64,000 bases of DNA from Candidatus Sumerlaeaceae bacterium. GTDB taxonomy: Bacteria; Sumerlaeota; Sumerlaeia; Sumerlaeales; Sumerlaeaceae. Each line of letters starts with the position of its first letter. Within the stretch, counting starts at the first letter, position 1. Location: positions 224,001 through 288,000 of the forward strand of contig JBPCLP010000021.1 in NCBI GenBank assembly GCA_051003195.1. Direction: 5' to 3'. Below are positions 8,909 through 19,500 of the stretch, piece by piece. Both the position numbers and the translations under genes were made by a program. The notes under the pieces were generated by a model. It saw nothing but the letters and a program-made list of their open reading frames with translations. It did not search any database and had not been told where the DNA came from.

Positions 8909-10663
8909 CTATTGCGGCAGGATGGTCAATTCGGCAATCGCTTCGTCGCCATCGTTGTTGGCGCTGATGCGGAAGTCGGCTGCCGCGTTTTGTTTACCGG
9001 CGAAGTACGCGTCGGGGAGCCGGAACTCCGCGGTGTGCCAGCCCGCTTCCAGCGGCTTCTGAAGCGTTTCACTGTTGCGGTAGGCGTCGACTTTGCCTTC
9101 CGCAGTCTTACTGTTGTAGTGGATCGTCAGAGTATCCGAGGTCTCTCCGGCCGAGTAATAGCGAACTCGCAGATGGATGGTCTGCGAGGTGTCGCGTATC
9201 GGGGATGTTTCGGGCACTGCGAAGTAAAGGTAGCCTTTGCCGGCCCTGGTATCCGTCATCGCCCCGATCGTTTCCGCTACCGTAGTCACTGTGCCTGAGC
9301 CGTCGCCCGATGTACAAAGAATTGGCGTGAGCGAAGTGATGCGATCTGCCGCATAGGATTTTAACTGGTCATCCTCGAGCAGGCTGCGGTTCACAAAAGG
9401 CCGGAGCGAATCCTGCAGCAGCGCGGTAATACGATCGCCCCCGCCGGTCTTCAGTTCTGCATGCGCCATGGCCATTCGCAGCAACGTGCGATGGCTGGCA
9501 TATGCGGGTGCCAGATAGAGCTTCGAAAATTCCTGACGAATCTCGTCGAGCCCGTCAGCGCCTGGAGTCCTGGCTTTCCCGAGGAAATTCAGGAGGTGCT
9601 TCTGGTAGAGTGCCTCTTCCGGCAGGCGGTCTCCCACTGGGGGGAGCGGTTCCAGCGGATCGCGTCGCTGCGACTGGTACCAGTACGCCATGCTGGAGAG
9701 ATTGTCCGCGCGCTCGACGAAGCCGTCCGGTTTTCCATCGAGGACGCCGGCGCCGTAGTGTTCGATATCGAATCGAAGGCTTTTCCGAAAGGGAATGGGA
9801 TCTGCGATATGAAACCGGTAGCTGGTGTAGCGGCTGCCGGTGGCATACTGTTCGCCTTCGTGAATGGTGGTGCCGTAGTACGGAGAGCTGCCTTTCCAGA
9901 CGCCCCACGCATCGCACAGGTAATCTTCCGTGCCCGTGCCAACCAGGCTGGCGGACGTTTCGCCGTCGACATAGAAGCGGTCGTCGCCTTCGCCGTACCA
10001 GCCGTCGGAGCGCTGCTCGTACGAGAGCACGGCACCTGCAAAGTGCCCATGTCCCCTGGCGGAACAGACCAGATAGTCTGTGCCGGAAACGGCGGGATAC
10101 TCCTGCCGGTAGTGCGCGTGGAAATAGAGCAAATCCTCGTGCGGACGCTTGTACTTTCGATAATCGACGTAGTAGTAGATTGCACCAACGGGTTCGAGCC
10201 CTTCGTTTGTGATCTCGATGCGCGCGTTTTTGTTGAAAGGCATTTTGAAAAAGCAGTTTTTAGCGCGGCCGTTCGAGGTGCAGGTAATCGGCTGCGACCA
10301 CACGTTGGCTTCGAGCCCGTGACCCTGGCAGAAGAAGTCTCCGAGGGGTGCAAGCACGCTGGGATTCTTTTCGCCATCCCAGTACATGCGCAGCACGAGT
10401 TTTCGACCGTACCATCGCTCCGCCGCAATCGTACACCAGATGTGAGTGATCATGCCGGCGCCTTTGATGTCCGCGAGTACACGCGTCTCGCCCGGCTCGA
10501 TCGAATGCAGGTGGTCGACGTTGGCGCCTGTCTTATCCGTGCTGGAGACACGCGCCGCGGTATAGTCGCGAATTGCGTGCGGCAGGGCGTCGAGGGTCTC
10601 GGCGTGGAAATTTACCGGATAGAGTAGCACTACCAGGCCCACTAATAACGCCGATGTCCGCAT
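8909..10663 (-). CDS. Secreted GH172 (DUF2961) glycoside hydrolase with C-terminal extension
   Basis: Signal peptide from ATG 10663 (MRTSALLVGLVVLL). 'LRMYWDGEKNPSVLAPLGDFF', 'WYGEGDD', 'GTGTEDY', 'YRFHIADPIPF', 'SSMAYWYQ'. Confidence 0.85.
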   Translation of the reverse strand: MRTSALLVGLVVLLYPVNFHAETLDALPHAIRDYTAARVSSTDKTGANVDHLHSIEPGETRVLADIKGAGMITHIWCTIAAERWYGRKLVLRMYWDGEKNPSVLAPLGDFFCQGHGLEANVWSQPITCTSNGRAKNCFFKMPFNKNARIEITNEGLEPVGAIYYYVDYRKYKRPHEDLLYFHAHYRQEYPAVSGTDYLVCSARGHGHFAGAVLSYEQRSDGWYGEGDDRFYVDGETSASLVGTGTEDYLCDAWGVWKGSSPYYGTTIHEGEQYATGSRYTSYRFHIADPIPFRKSLRFDIEHYGAGVLDGKPDGFVERADNLSSMAYWYQSQRRDPLEPLPPVGDRLPEEALYQKHLLNFLGKARTPGADGLDEIRQEFSKLYLAPAYASHRTLLRMAMAHAELKTGGGDRITALLQDSLRPFVNRSLLEDDQLKSYAADRITSLTPILCTSGDGSGTVTTVAETIGAMTDTRAGKGYLYFAVPETSPIRDTSQTIHLRVRYYSAGETSDTLTIHYNSKTAEGKVDAYRNSETLQKPLEAGWHTAEFRLPDAYFAGKQNAAADFRISANNDGDEAIAELTILPQ

Positions 10664-10756
10664 TCCCGATGAGGAACCAAACAAGATAATCTTCATAGGA
10701 TCGACTGCCTGGACGATCCGCTGGATCAGATTATCTTTTTGTTCATTGGTCAACAT
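10664..10756 (-). pseudogene. Remnant of an MNT-type nucleotidyltransferase (antitoxin-like), N-terminal ~30 codons
   Basis: 'MLTNEQKDNLIQRIVQAVDPMKIILFGS' matches the start of minimal nucleotidyltransferases. The in-frame DxD motif is missing. Confidence 0.55.
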
Positions 10757-10877
10757 GTGCTGATCGGCCATGCTGGCTGCCTCATCACTTGTAAAGGACG
10801 TTCATGTTCCGACATTTGCTCAGAATCTTGCTTCGATACTTGACGTAGTTGCTGAAGGCGAATCCCAGTTTGCGATT

Positions 10878-12929
10878 ATGCATAATTTGCAAGTTGGAAC
10901 TATTCGCCGCTGTGTGTTCGGAACCATAGCAACTCGACTCTTGCTCGCCCTGCTGGCAACATGCACTGCACCGGGTATGAGTGCAAGCGACACAAAGACA
11001 ACCACCGCCACGGAACAGCAGAGCAGTGGCACGTCCGGCATCCCGGATTTGGCGCCCGTTCCCGGCAACAGCAACCTGTTGGCGAGCCAGGTGCCGGCGC
11101 TGGATCCGGAGCTGCGTGAGCGGGTAATGCAGTACCTGAATTCCCGTGCGGCGAACCTGTTGGATGTTTCGCCGAAAGGCGACAATGTCCTGGTCGCGAC
11201 GCGGTTTGCATCCACGTCGCAACTGCACCTGGTCGAGCAGCCGATGGGCGCGCGCTTTCAACTTACGTTTAACGAGGAGCCGATTTCATCCGCGCGTTTC
11301 CTGCCGGGAAACACGAATATTATTTTTTACGTGCGAGACGTGGGCGGCGGGGAGTTTCACCAGATCTACCGGTTCGATCGGAAGAGCGGGCGCAGCGTTC
11401 TACTAACCGATGGTAAGAGTCGCCACTCGCTGCCGGTCTTGAGCCAGGACGGTAACCTGGCGGCGTTTACGAACAACGCGCGCAACGGTCGTGATACCGA
11501 CGTGTACATCGCTGACATCGACGAGAACACGACGTTTTCGGATGTGCGACTGGTAACGGAAACGACCGGGACCTGGGCGCCGCTGCAGTTCTCGCGCGGG
11601 CGCTCGCGGCTTCTTGTCGAACAGTACAGGGCGATTGATGACGCCGACCTCCATGTTTTCGATGTAGCGACCAGCGAACTCCTGCAGATTACGCCGAAGG
11701 ACGGCCGGGGCAGCGTTGTCGATGCTGCGTTCGGCCACGACGGCAACACGGTGTACCTAGTAACAGACCGCTACACGGATTTTAACGAGCTGTACGAGGT
11801 GCATGTCGGGTCGACCGATGCTCCGAAGCCTCTGACGAGAACTCTCCCCTGGAATGTGGAGAGCATCGAAGTTTCGCACGACGGCAGTCGCGTGGCAGTC
11901 TCAGTGAACGAAGACGGCATCAGCAAAATCTACCTGCTGGATACCAAGTCCGGCAGGCTGGAGCCCGTGGAACTTTCGCCCGGGATTGTGGGAAGCATGC
12001 GCTTCGCGGCGGAGAACTCCGCGCTTCTGACTTTTTCCATCGATTCAGCCCGGTCACCGACTGATGTGTGGCAGCTGGAAGTAGCGTCGAAGAAGCTTAC
12101 CCGGTGGACGCGAAGCGAAGTGGGCGGGCTGGATACCTCATCGTTTGTGGAGCCGGAGATTGTGCGCTATGAGTCCGCCGGCGGTGTGAAGGTGCCCTCA
12201 TTTGTTTACCAGCCCAAACTGGCAAAGGGTAAACGCGCACCTGTGCTGGTGCTGTTTCATGGCGGCCCGGAAGGGCAATCGCGACCCAACTTCTCGCCGT
12301 TTATCCAGATGCTGGTAACGGACCTTGGAATAGCCGTGATGATGCCGAACGTACGCGGGTCGGATGGCTACGGGAAAGCTTACCTGGCGATGGACAACGG
12401 CGTGAAACGTGAAGAGAGCCTGAAGGATATCGGGGCCACGTTTGACTGGATTGCGGCGCAGCCGAATCTCGATGCCGAGAGAATCGGGGTGTATGGAGGA
12501 TCGTACGGTGGTTACATGGTCCTGGCGGCAGCAACTTTTTATGCGGAGCGGGTGCGGTCGGTTGTCGACGTGGTGGGCATTTCAAATATTCCCACTTTCC
12601 TGAAGAACACGCAGGATTACCGCCGGGACTTACGCCGCGCAGAGTATGGTGACGAGCGGGTGCCGGACGTGCGCGAGGTACAGGAGAGGATCTCGCCGCT
12701 GAATCACGCAGAGAAGATTCGCGCGCACCTGTTTGTGCAGCAGGGCAAGAACGACCCGCGCGTGCCGCAAAGCGAGGCGGAACAGATCGTGCAGGCCGCG
12801 CGCAAGAATGGGAGATCGTGCTGGTACCTGCTGGGGCTGAACGAAGGACATGGTTTTGCGAGGAAGGAGAACCGGGACTTTGCTTTGATCGCCACCGTGC
12901 AGTTTTTACGAGAGACCCTGTTAGAGTAG
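10878..12929 (+). CDS. S9 (prolyl oligopeptidase / acylaminoacyl peptidase family) peptidase, secreted; start uncertain
   Basis: Beta-propeller N-domain; 'HGGPEGQ', 'NVRGSDGYG', catalytic 'GGSYGG', 'NDPRVP', 'EGHGF'. Confidence 0.93.
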   Translation: MHNLQVGTIRRCVFGTIATRLLLALLATCTAPGMSASDTKTTTATEQQSSGTSGIPDLAPVPGNSNLLASQVPALDPELRERVMQYLNSRAANLLDVSPKGDNVLVATRFASTSQLHLVEQPMGARFQLTFNEEPISSARFLPGNTNIIFYVRDVGGGEFHQIYRFDRKSGRSVLLTDGKSRHSLPVLSQDGNLAAFTNNARNGRDTDVYIADIDENTTFSDVRLVTETTGTWAPLQFSRGRSRLLVEQYRAIDDADLHVFDVATSELLQITPKDGRGSVVDAAFGHDGNTVYLVTDRYTDFNELYEVHVGSTDAPKPLTRTLPWNVESIEVSHDGSRVAVSVNEDGISKIYLLDTKSGRLEPVELSPGIVGSMRFAAENSALLTFSIDSARSPTDVWQLEVASKKLTRWTRSEVGGLDTSSFVEPEIVRYESAGGVKVPSFVYQPKLAKGKRAPVLVLFHGGPEGQSRPNFSPFIQMLVTDLGIAVMMPNVRGSDGYGKAYLAMDNGVKREESLKDIGATFDWIAAQPNLDAERIGVYGGSYGGYMVLAAATFYAERVRSVVDVVGISNIPTFLKNTQDYRRDLRRAEYGDERVPDVREVQERISPLNHAEKIRAHLFVQQGKNDPRVPQSEAEQIVQAARKNGRSCWYLLGLNEGHGFARKENRDFALIATVQFLRETLLE

Positions 12930-13126
12930 CGGGCCGACGCGGATTGCACGTCGAGGGGTATCGCGACCCCTTTGTTTGCTGGTGAGGGGCTATGCGTCGC
13001 TTAAAATGTTGCGGGGCGGTGCTGGTAGTGTTGTGCCTGTGAGAGCGATGGTACACATAACGCCGCAGCAGACTGCGAAAACTCGAACCCGGACCCATGC
13101 CAGCACTCCGAAGAATGGGGTGTTAG

Positions 13127-14731
13127 TTGGATAGTGTAATTGCGGGTGACGCGACTGCCCGGGACATCATGGAGAAGCTCGCGATCCTTGAAAAGGCGGC
13201 TGGGGTTCGCGCGCACTACCGTATCCTTGAACCGCCTCCGCTGAGTGGAACTGATCCTAACAGCCTGCAGACGGCGGCCCGGATGATTGGCGACTGGATT
13301 GGTTTGCGCAACGCACTCTTTCACGTGGTGCTTGGGGAGAGCCCTACATCCAGCATGAGCGGAGTACGACTGGAACGCGACCAGGACGAGTTTACGATCG
13401 ACCTGCCGAGGACATCCGTAGTGACGCCCACGCGGGCGCTGGGTGCTTTGTCGCGCGAAGTTGCGCGGGCGTATCTGCACAAAACCAATATTCGGGGCGG
13501 GCCCTATGCCGCGGCGGCAACTGAACCGACCTTTGTCGACGTGACGACCGTCTTCCTGGGACTTGGCAAACTTCTGTTAAACGGATGTGCGGGTGACGCG
13601 GCACCAAAACCGGAACGTGTTGTGAGCGCCGGTCCCGCTTCGAAAACAAAAGCTTCCGGCGGGTGTGTGCTCGCGCCGACATACATCGCATTCGCGCATC
13701 GAGCCGCCTGCGCGATGCGCGGCCTCGATTATGAGCAGCACGTGACGGGGCTTACTCCGCAATCACTCGAGCTGCTTCGCGCGTGGGACGCTTACCGTGA
13801 GGACTTGTTCAGCCTCTCGCTGCGCAACGTGCTCACGGCTTCGGCGACGCACCGCCCACTGGTCGAGGCCGTCTCTGACAATCAGATTGTGCTGTCACGC
13901 TTTGATCAGCTACTGAGGCATTTTGAAGCGACAGTGCTCGCCCCTTTAATGCAGGAGCTGGCGGGCTACCACAAGCAGTGCCGCGAGGCAATGGACCGCA
14001 TCGGGGCGCAGGAAGCGGAGACTTACGATCCATGCATGGTGTACCTCAACCAGGTGCGCCGAAGGATGGATCTGCAGCGGCTGGCCGATGCTCTGCGTGT
14101 GCAGCAGGAGCAGGTGATGGAACGGCTGCAGGTGCTGGTTCGTGGACTTCAATCGTTGCAGGAGCATGAGCTGATGCGGACCGATTACCTGAAAAGCGGG
14201 CGGTTTCCACAGGCTATGTGCCCGCTGGATGGAACCCCGGTTTCCGTGCCTGAGGGTACACGCGACGCAAAAGCAAAATGCTCGAAATGCGGGTATGAGT
14301 TTATTGCGTCGCCAGAGCCGCCAACGCTCACGAATGGGTTTAAGGCGCACGCGAGTTCCAGCGGCGCTTCGAGCGAGGTAGAAGCGACAGGGGGCAAGCG
14401 CGGAAATTCCACCGTTCTCACGGCATTACGTGATCAGAAAATCGCAGCGGGCGCCACGAGACCCGGGCTTAATATGATTATTGCGGGGCTGGCGACCCTT
14501 GCATTAAGCTGGGTACCACTGCTGGGATATGTGCTGCTTGTTCTATTCCGGGGAACTGAGCCTGTACACGCTACTTTACTGGGTCGCATGGGCCTGGTGC
14601 TTTCCTGTGCGAGCGTGGTGCTGGCCGCAGTGGGTCTTCTAAAGTATTTAGTGAGTCTTTCCAGGCCGGCAGCCGCGATAGAAGTGAAGCCTGCTGCAAC
14701 CGCGGAGATGCACGCCGAAGCCAAAATGTGA
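13127..14731 (+). CDS. Hypothetical membrane protein: degenerate zincin-like domain, coiled coil, Zn ribbon, two C-terminal TM helices
   Basis: 534-aa ORF. 'LSREVARAYL...DVTTVFLGLGKLLLNG', 'CPLDG...CSKCGYEF', two hydrophobic segments near the C-terminus. Confidence 0.7.
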   Translation: MDSVIAGDATARDIMEKLAILEKAAGVRAHYRILEPPPLSGTDPNSLQTAARMIGDWIGLRNALFHVVLGESPTSSMSGVRLERDQDEFTIDLPRTSVVTPTRALGALSREVARAYLHKTNIRGGPYAAAATEPTFVDVTTVFLGLGKLLLNGCAGDAAPKPERVVSAGPASKTKASGGCVLAPTYIAFAHRAACAMRGLDYEQHVTGLTPQSLELLRAWDAYREDLFSLSLRNVLTASATHRPLVEAVSDNQIVLSRFDQLLRHFEATVLAPLMQELAGYHKQCREAMDRIGAQEAETYDPCMVYLNQVRRRMDLQRLADALRVQQEQVMERLQVLVRGLQSLQEHELMRTDYLKSGRFPQAMCPLDGTPVSVPEGTRDAKAKCSKCGYEFIASPEPPTLTNGFKAHASSSGASSEVEATGGKRGNSTVLTALRDQKIAAGATRPGLNMIIAGLATLALSWVPLLGYVLLVLFRGTEPVHATLLGRMGLVLSCASVVLAAVGLLKYLVSLSRPAAAIEVKPAATAEMHAEAKM

Positions 14732-14933
14732 GCGGCAACGAGATTTCTTCCAGCGGAAGCTTATGAACGCGCAAGAGCGGTGGAAGCCCGATGCCGGGCA
14801 AAAAAGCAGCACAATAAGGCAGGCCATGGAACTGATAAATGTGCGGTTTGTGGTTGCATGAGGTGCACGCCCAGCCCTGTCTTCATGCGTGCACTGGCGC
14901 CGATGCGCCACTATGGGAACAATGGAGTGAAAC

Positions 14934-15998
14934 GTGGAAATTGCTGAACTTCTTCGAATGACGGTGGAGCGGGACGCGTCGGATCTGCATATCGCGGTGG
15001 GCCGGCCTCCGGTACTGCGCATCGACGGGAAACTGCTGAACGCCGAGGCTCCGCCACTGACGGCGGCAGATACACGTCGCATGGTCTATGGTATCCTGAC
15101 GGACATGCAGAAGCAGAAGCTAGAAGAGATCAAGGAGCTGGACTTTTCGCTGTCGATCAGCCATATCAGCCGCTTTCGGGTAAACGTGCACTTTCAGCGT
15201 GGCAGCGTGGCCGCGGCGTTTCGAGCCATCACAGCTAATATTCGAAATTTCGAAGAATTGAGCCTGCCGGTAAAGACGTGCGAACGGTTTGCCCGTCGAC
15301 CCTCAGGGCTCGTCTTAATTACGGGCCCGACGGGTTCCGGAAAATCGACGACGCTGGCAGCGGTTATCGACATGATCAACAACGAGCGTGAGTGTCATAT
15401 TATCACGGTTGAAGATCCAATCGAATATCTTCACCAGCATAAGAAGGCTCTCATTGAACAACGTGAAGTGCATGAGGATACGCACTCATTTGCGAATGCG
15501 CTGAAGTTCGTGCTGCGCCAGGACCCGGACGTGATCATGGTCGGCGAAATGCGCGATCTCGAAACCATCTCGGCGGCGCTTACAGCTGCAGAAACCGGCC
15601 ACCTGGTGTTCTCGACGCTGCACACGGTGGACGTAGCGCAGACGATCGACCGCGTTATCGACGTATTTCCTCCGCATCAGCAGGAGCAGGTACGCGTGCA
15701 GCTGGCAGGGGTCATTGAAGGAATCCTTTGCCAGACGCTGCTGCCGACGGCCTCCGGTCGCGGACGTATGATCAGTGTTGAGATTCTGATTGGAACCGAC
15801 GGCATCCGGAACCTGATTCGCGAAGGCAAAACGCACCAGATCTACACGCAGCTCGAGGCAGGCGGACAGCTTGGAATGCAGACCATGGATCGCGCCATCG
15901 CGGACCTGTACAAACGCGGGAAAATAACCCGCGAGACGGCAATGCTGCACGCGCGCAAACAGGACGAAATGAAGCGACACATGCAGGTGATGGTGTAG
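14934..15998 (+). CDS. pilT: Type IV pilus retraction ATPase PilT
   Basis: 'ASDLHI', Walker A 'GPTGSGKST', 'TVEDPIEY', 'LRQDPDVIMVGEMRD', 'AAETGHLVFSTLH', 'GIRNLIRE'. Confidence 0.95.
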   Translation: MEIAELLRMTVERDASDLHIAVGRPPVLRIDGKLLNAEAPPLTAADTRRMVYGILTDMQKQKLEEIKELDFSLSISHISRFRVNVHFQRGSVAAAFRAITANIRNFEELSLPVKTCERFARRPSGLVLITGPTGSGKSTTLAAVIDMINNERECHIITVEDPIEYLHQHKKALIEQREVHEDTHSFANALKFVLRQDPDVIMVGEMRDLETISAALTAAETGHLVFSTLHTVDVAQTIDRVIDVFPPHQQEQVRVQLAGVIEGILCQTLLPTASGRGRMISVEILIGTDGIRNLIREGKTHQIYTQLEAGGQLGMQTMDRAIADLYKRGKITRETAMLHARKQDEMKRHMQVMV

Positions 15999-16069
15999 AA
16001 TTCCAGCACCCGCAGATCGAAGTCCATTTTTTGGCTGACAGGGGCATCTGAGAGTTCGCAACTGCTCGC

Positions 16070-16510
16070 ATGTCTGAAAACTTCATCGAAATGGAATTGC
16101 GGGAAATTCAGACTTCTGACGACCCGCGTGATCATCCGATCATTGTACTCGCCGAAAAAAATGGTGAGCGGGAATTCCCAATTTACATCGGGCCCGTGGA
16201 AGCAAAAGCCCTTGAGGACGTCGTACTTGGCGAGCCGCGACTGGCCGAGCACCTGAGGCGTCCGATGACGCATGACCTTGTACTGAACTGCATTGATGGG
16301 CTTGGCTCTGCAATTGTGCGAGTCCTGGTGACGAAGCTTGAAAAATCCACGTTCATCGGTGCAATCGAATTGCGTAGTACAAATGGCACCGTTGTGCGGG
16401 TCGATTCCCGCCCAAGTGACGCAATGATCCTTGCGATGAAACGCAATTCTCCGGTCTTTGTGGAGGAGCAGGTGCTTCGGGACGTGCAGCGCGGGATCGA
16501 GAACCCCTGA
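16070..16510 (+). CDS. Bifunctional nuclease family protein (DUF151)
   Basis: 'FPIYIGPVEA', 'RPMTHDL', 'DSRPSDAMILA'. Confidence 0.92.
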   Translation: MSENFIEMELREIQTSDDPRDHPIIVLAEKNGEREFPIYIGPVEAKALEDVVLGEPRLAEHLRRPMTHDLVLNCIDGLGSAIVRVLVTKLEKSTFIGAIELRSTNGTVVRVDSRPSDAMILAMKRNSPVFVEEQVLRDVQRGIENP

Positions 16511-16554
16511 TCACCGCGAAACTTAAGGCCCGCAGCGGTCAAGCACCTGGTAAA

Positions 16555-19500
16555 GTGATTCCATTTTTCAGGGCTGTGTTCTTCATTTCCACCGCTCTGG
16601 CACTACTCTGCGGTGCAGTGTCGGCGGCCCCGGCGGGTGAGGCTGGTGTAGAGTTCGTCGGCCAGTTCAACGTACAGAATGCGAACGTCCGGATCTCGGG
16701 AGCGCCCACCGAAGAGAGCGCGGCGTTGTTGTCCGGCAGCCGCACGGGTTCCGATTTTCATGTGATACTGAGTGCCTTGCCAAGTGACGCGTTGGTCGAG
16801 ATTGAACTGGGCTTTGCAGAACTTGCCAATGCGCAGCCAGGGCAGCGGGTTTTCGACGTCGACATTAACGAAAAGCGGGCGCTCAGCAGCTTTGACATTG
16901 CGGCAACCGCAGGTGGGCCGAATCAGGCGGTGATTCGGCGCTTCACCATTACACCCAAACGTGGGTTCCTGGACTTTCACTTTATCGGGAGTGCTGGCGA
17001 GGCCAGCATAAACTACATCCGCGTTCGAGGGCGCGGCTTTACCCGTATAGTCTCTGTTCCTGTTGATACAACAACACCGTCGATGCAGGAGGATCCAGAT
17101 GCGCTTCCGACGAACCTTCCGTCTTTAAACCCGGAAACCGCAGAGGTTCTGCAGGATGAGATGTCGCCGACATGGCCGACGGGATTTCCGCTGGGCGGAA
17201 TAGGGACCGGCAAATTTGAAATCCTGCCAAATGGAGAATTCGCAAACCTGACGATCAGCAATTCCTGGGACCTGCCCGTGGGCCGTGTACCGGGGACGTT
17301 TTTCGCGATTGGTGCAAAATCACAGTCGGGAAGTGGGACTGGCAAATTGCTCCGCGTGCGACCCGCGGGTGTTGGTGGTTCGGGCAACTACCTGAACGCC
17401 AAGACGTTCCTGTCGTGTGTTTTCAAAGGCATCTTCCCAGTAGCACAATGGGTGTTCAGAGACGACAAGATGCCGCTGGAAGTGACGCTGGAAGGCTGGT
17501 CATCGCTTGTGCCGCAGGACGTTGGCGATTCTTCGCTCCCGGCGGCGGTGCTGTATGTGCACTTGCGCAACCCGCGATCTTACCCCGTATCCGCGGGCGT
17601 TGCTTTTTCTTGGGAAGATGTGAATGGCCGCGGCGGCTCCCGCAATAAGGGTGACCAGTTTGGTTATGCAGGCTCTGCAGTTTTTTCAGACGCTGCCACA
17701 TCATCTATCCAGGGCGTGCTTATTCGCAGCACGGCTTCTGCCGAAGGCCGGCGCGGCACATTCATCGGGGACTATTTCATAGGGACACCGGTTAAACGCG
17801 CCGTTGTGACCCGTCAGCTCTATTGGGATCCGCGCAGTGCGGAGATCCCGTGGTGGCGAAGCTTTACCAACAGGATGCGCCTCGAAAAAGTAGGGCCAGT
17901 TCCATCCAGCATCGCGCCTGCAGCCAGCGGTATGCGCACGGCCAATCGAGGGCCTGGCGCGGCGGTAATTTGCGCCACTGTGAATCTCGCGCCAAAGGAG
18001 AGGCGGCGCATTCCATTCATCGTGGCATGGTACGCACCGAAACTGACAACGATCGCCTCTGCGAATGTGCCGGCGACGACCGAACAACAGGACTATTCGA
18101 CAACGTTTGGGTCATCACTCGGGGTTGCATCGTATGTCGCCACAAATCGAATCCGTCTTCAGGCTGGAACTTCTGAATGGCAGTCGATGGTGCTTCGCTC
18201 AAATCTGCCCCTCTGGTTGAAATCACATGTGCTGAATTCGCTATCCACTATTGTCTCAAACTCCGTTCTACTTCAGGGACGGCGCTACTCGACGCTCGAA
18301 TCACCAGGTGAGATGGGAGGCATGATGGGTCCCCTTGATCACCGTCTTGCGTCTCAACCGTTCCTGACGACTATGTACCCGAGCCTGGATCGCAGCGAAT
18401 TAGAATTGTACGGCAAGGCGCAAAGCGAAAGCGGACACCTGCCGCGCTACATCGGAAATATCCATGGTGGCTGGACCGGCCTGGATGCACGGCTGCTTGG
18501 CCAGGATTGGTCGGACCCGACGGCGGCCTGGGTCATGCAAGCAGCAGCACACTTCCACGCACGTGGTGAGCGCGAATTTGCGGACACCATTCGCCCTGCA
18601 CTGGATAAAGCCGTCGCATACCTGGAGAAGAGCGACACGAGTGGCGATCATCTTCCGGATACGGGTTGTTTCTTCGACAACTCCAGTCCTTCCGGCGCTG
18701 ATGCCGCCTACAAGTCAATGAATCACAGTGCGGCGTTGCGCGCTGCTGCCGGCATTTACCATGCTCTGGAGGATTTCGCATCTGAGAAAAGAATAAGCAG
18801 CGCCGCCCTCGCGACAAACCAAGCGGCGACTCGTCTGCTGTCCGGCTACGGTTCGGCCAGCGCGACCTCCTCAACATTTGCTGCAGCACTGGCAGGTGAC
18901 TGGTGTTTACGATCGCATGGCAGCGGTGCGGCAACCAGTGATGGAGTCGCCACAGGCGTACTGACCTCGCTCTTCGCAAAGCACGCACAGGAAAACAAAC
19001 CCGTTCTTCCGATGGAAGTAACCGCAGACAACCCTGTCACGCGCGGGATCGCTTCCTTCCCGGGACTGCTGCAAGCCTATCTTGGAGCAGAGGCGATCCT
19101 GCTGGGCGCAGTGGACCTGGGGATCGAAATGTTTGCGCGTGCGCAGGAAGTATCGACACGGGTTCAGCACAGCCCATGGCGGCAGGCGCTGACCGCAACG
19201 GTGCCTGAGGGCACAAAGCCGCGTCTTCGCTCGCATATGAGTTCACCCGCCGCATGGACGGTGCTTCCTGCGCTCTCGGGTGCGTTTCTGGATGTGCCCA
19301 CGAAAACGCTCTACCTTGATCCTAAAGTTCCTTCGTCTTTACCCGATCATGAAATTACCATACCGGTGTTTACCTCTGCCTTCTGGGGCTGGCTTGATTA
19401 CAATGCAGATACTTCAACCGGCACGCTTGCGGTCACCAAGGTGTTTCCAGCCTTTGCAAATTTTGAAATCGCGCGAGTCGCGCAACGGCAGGACGTGAAT

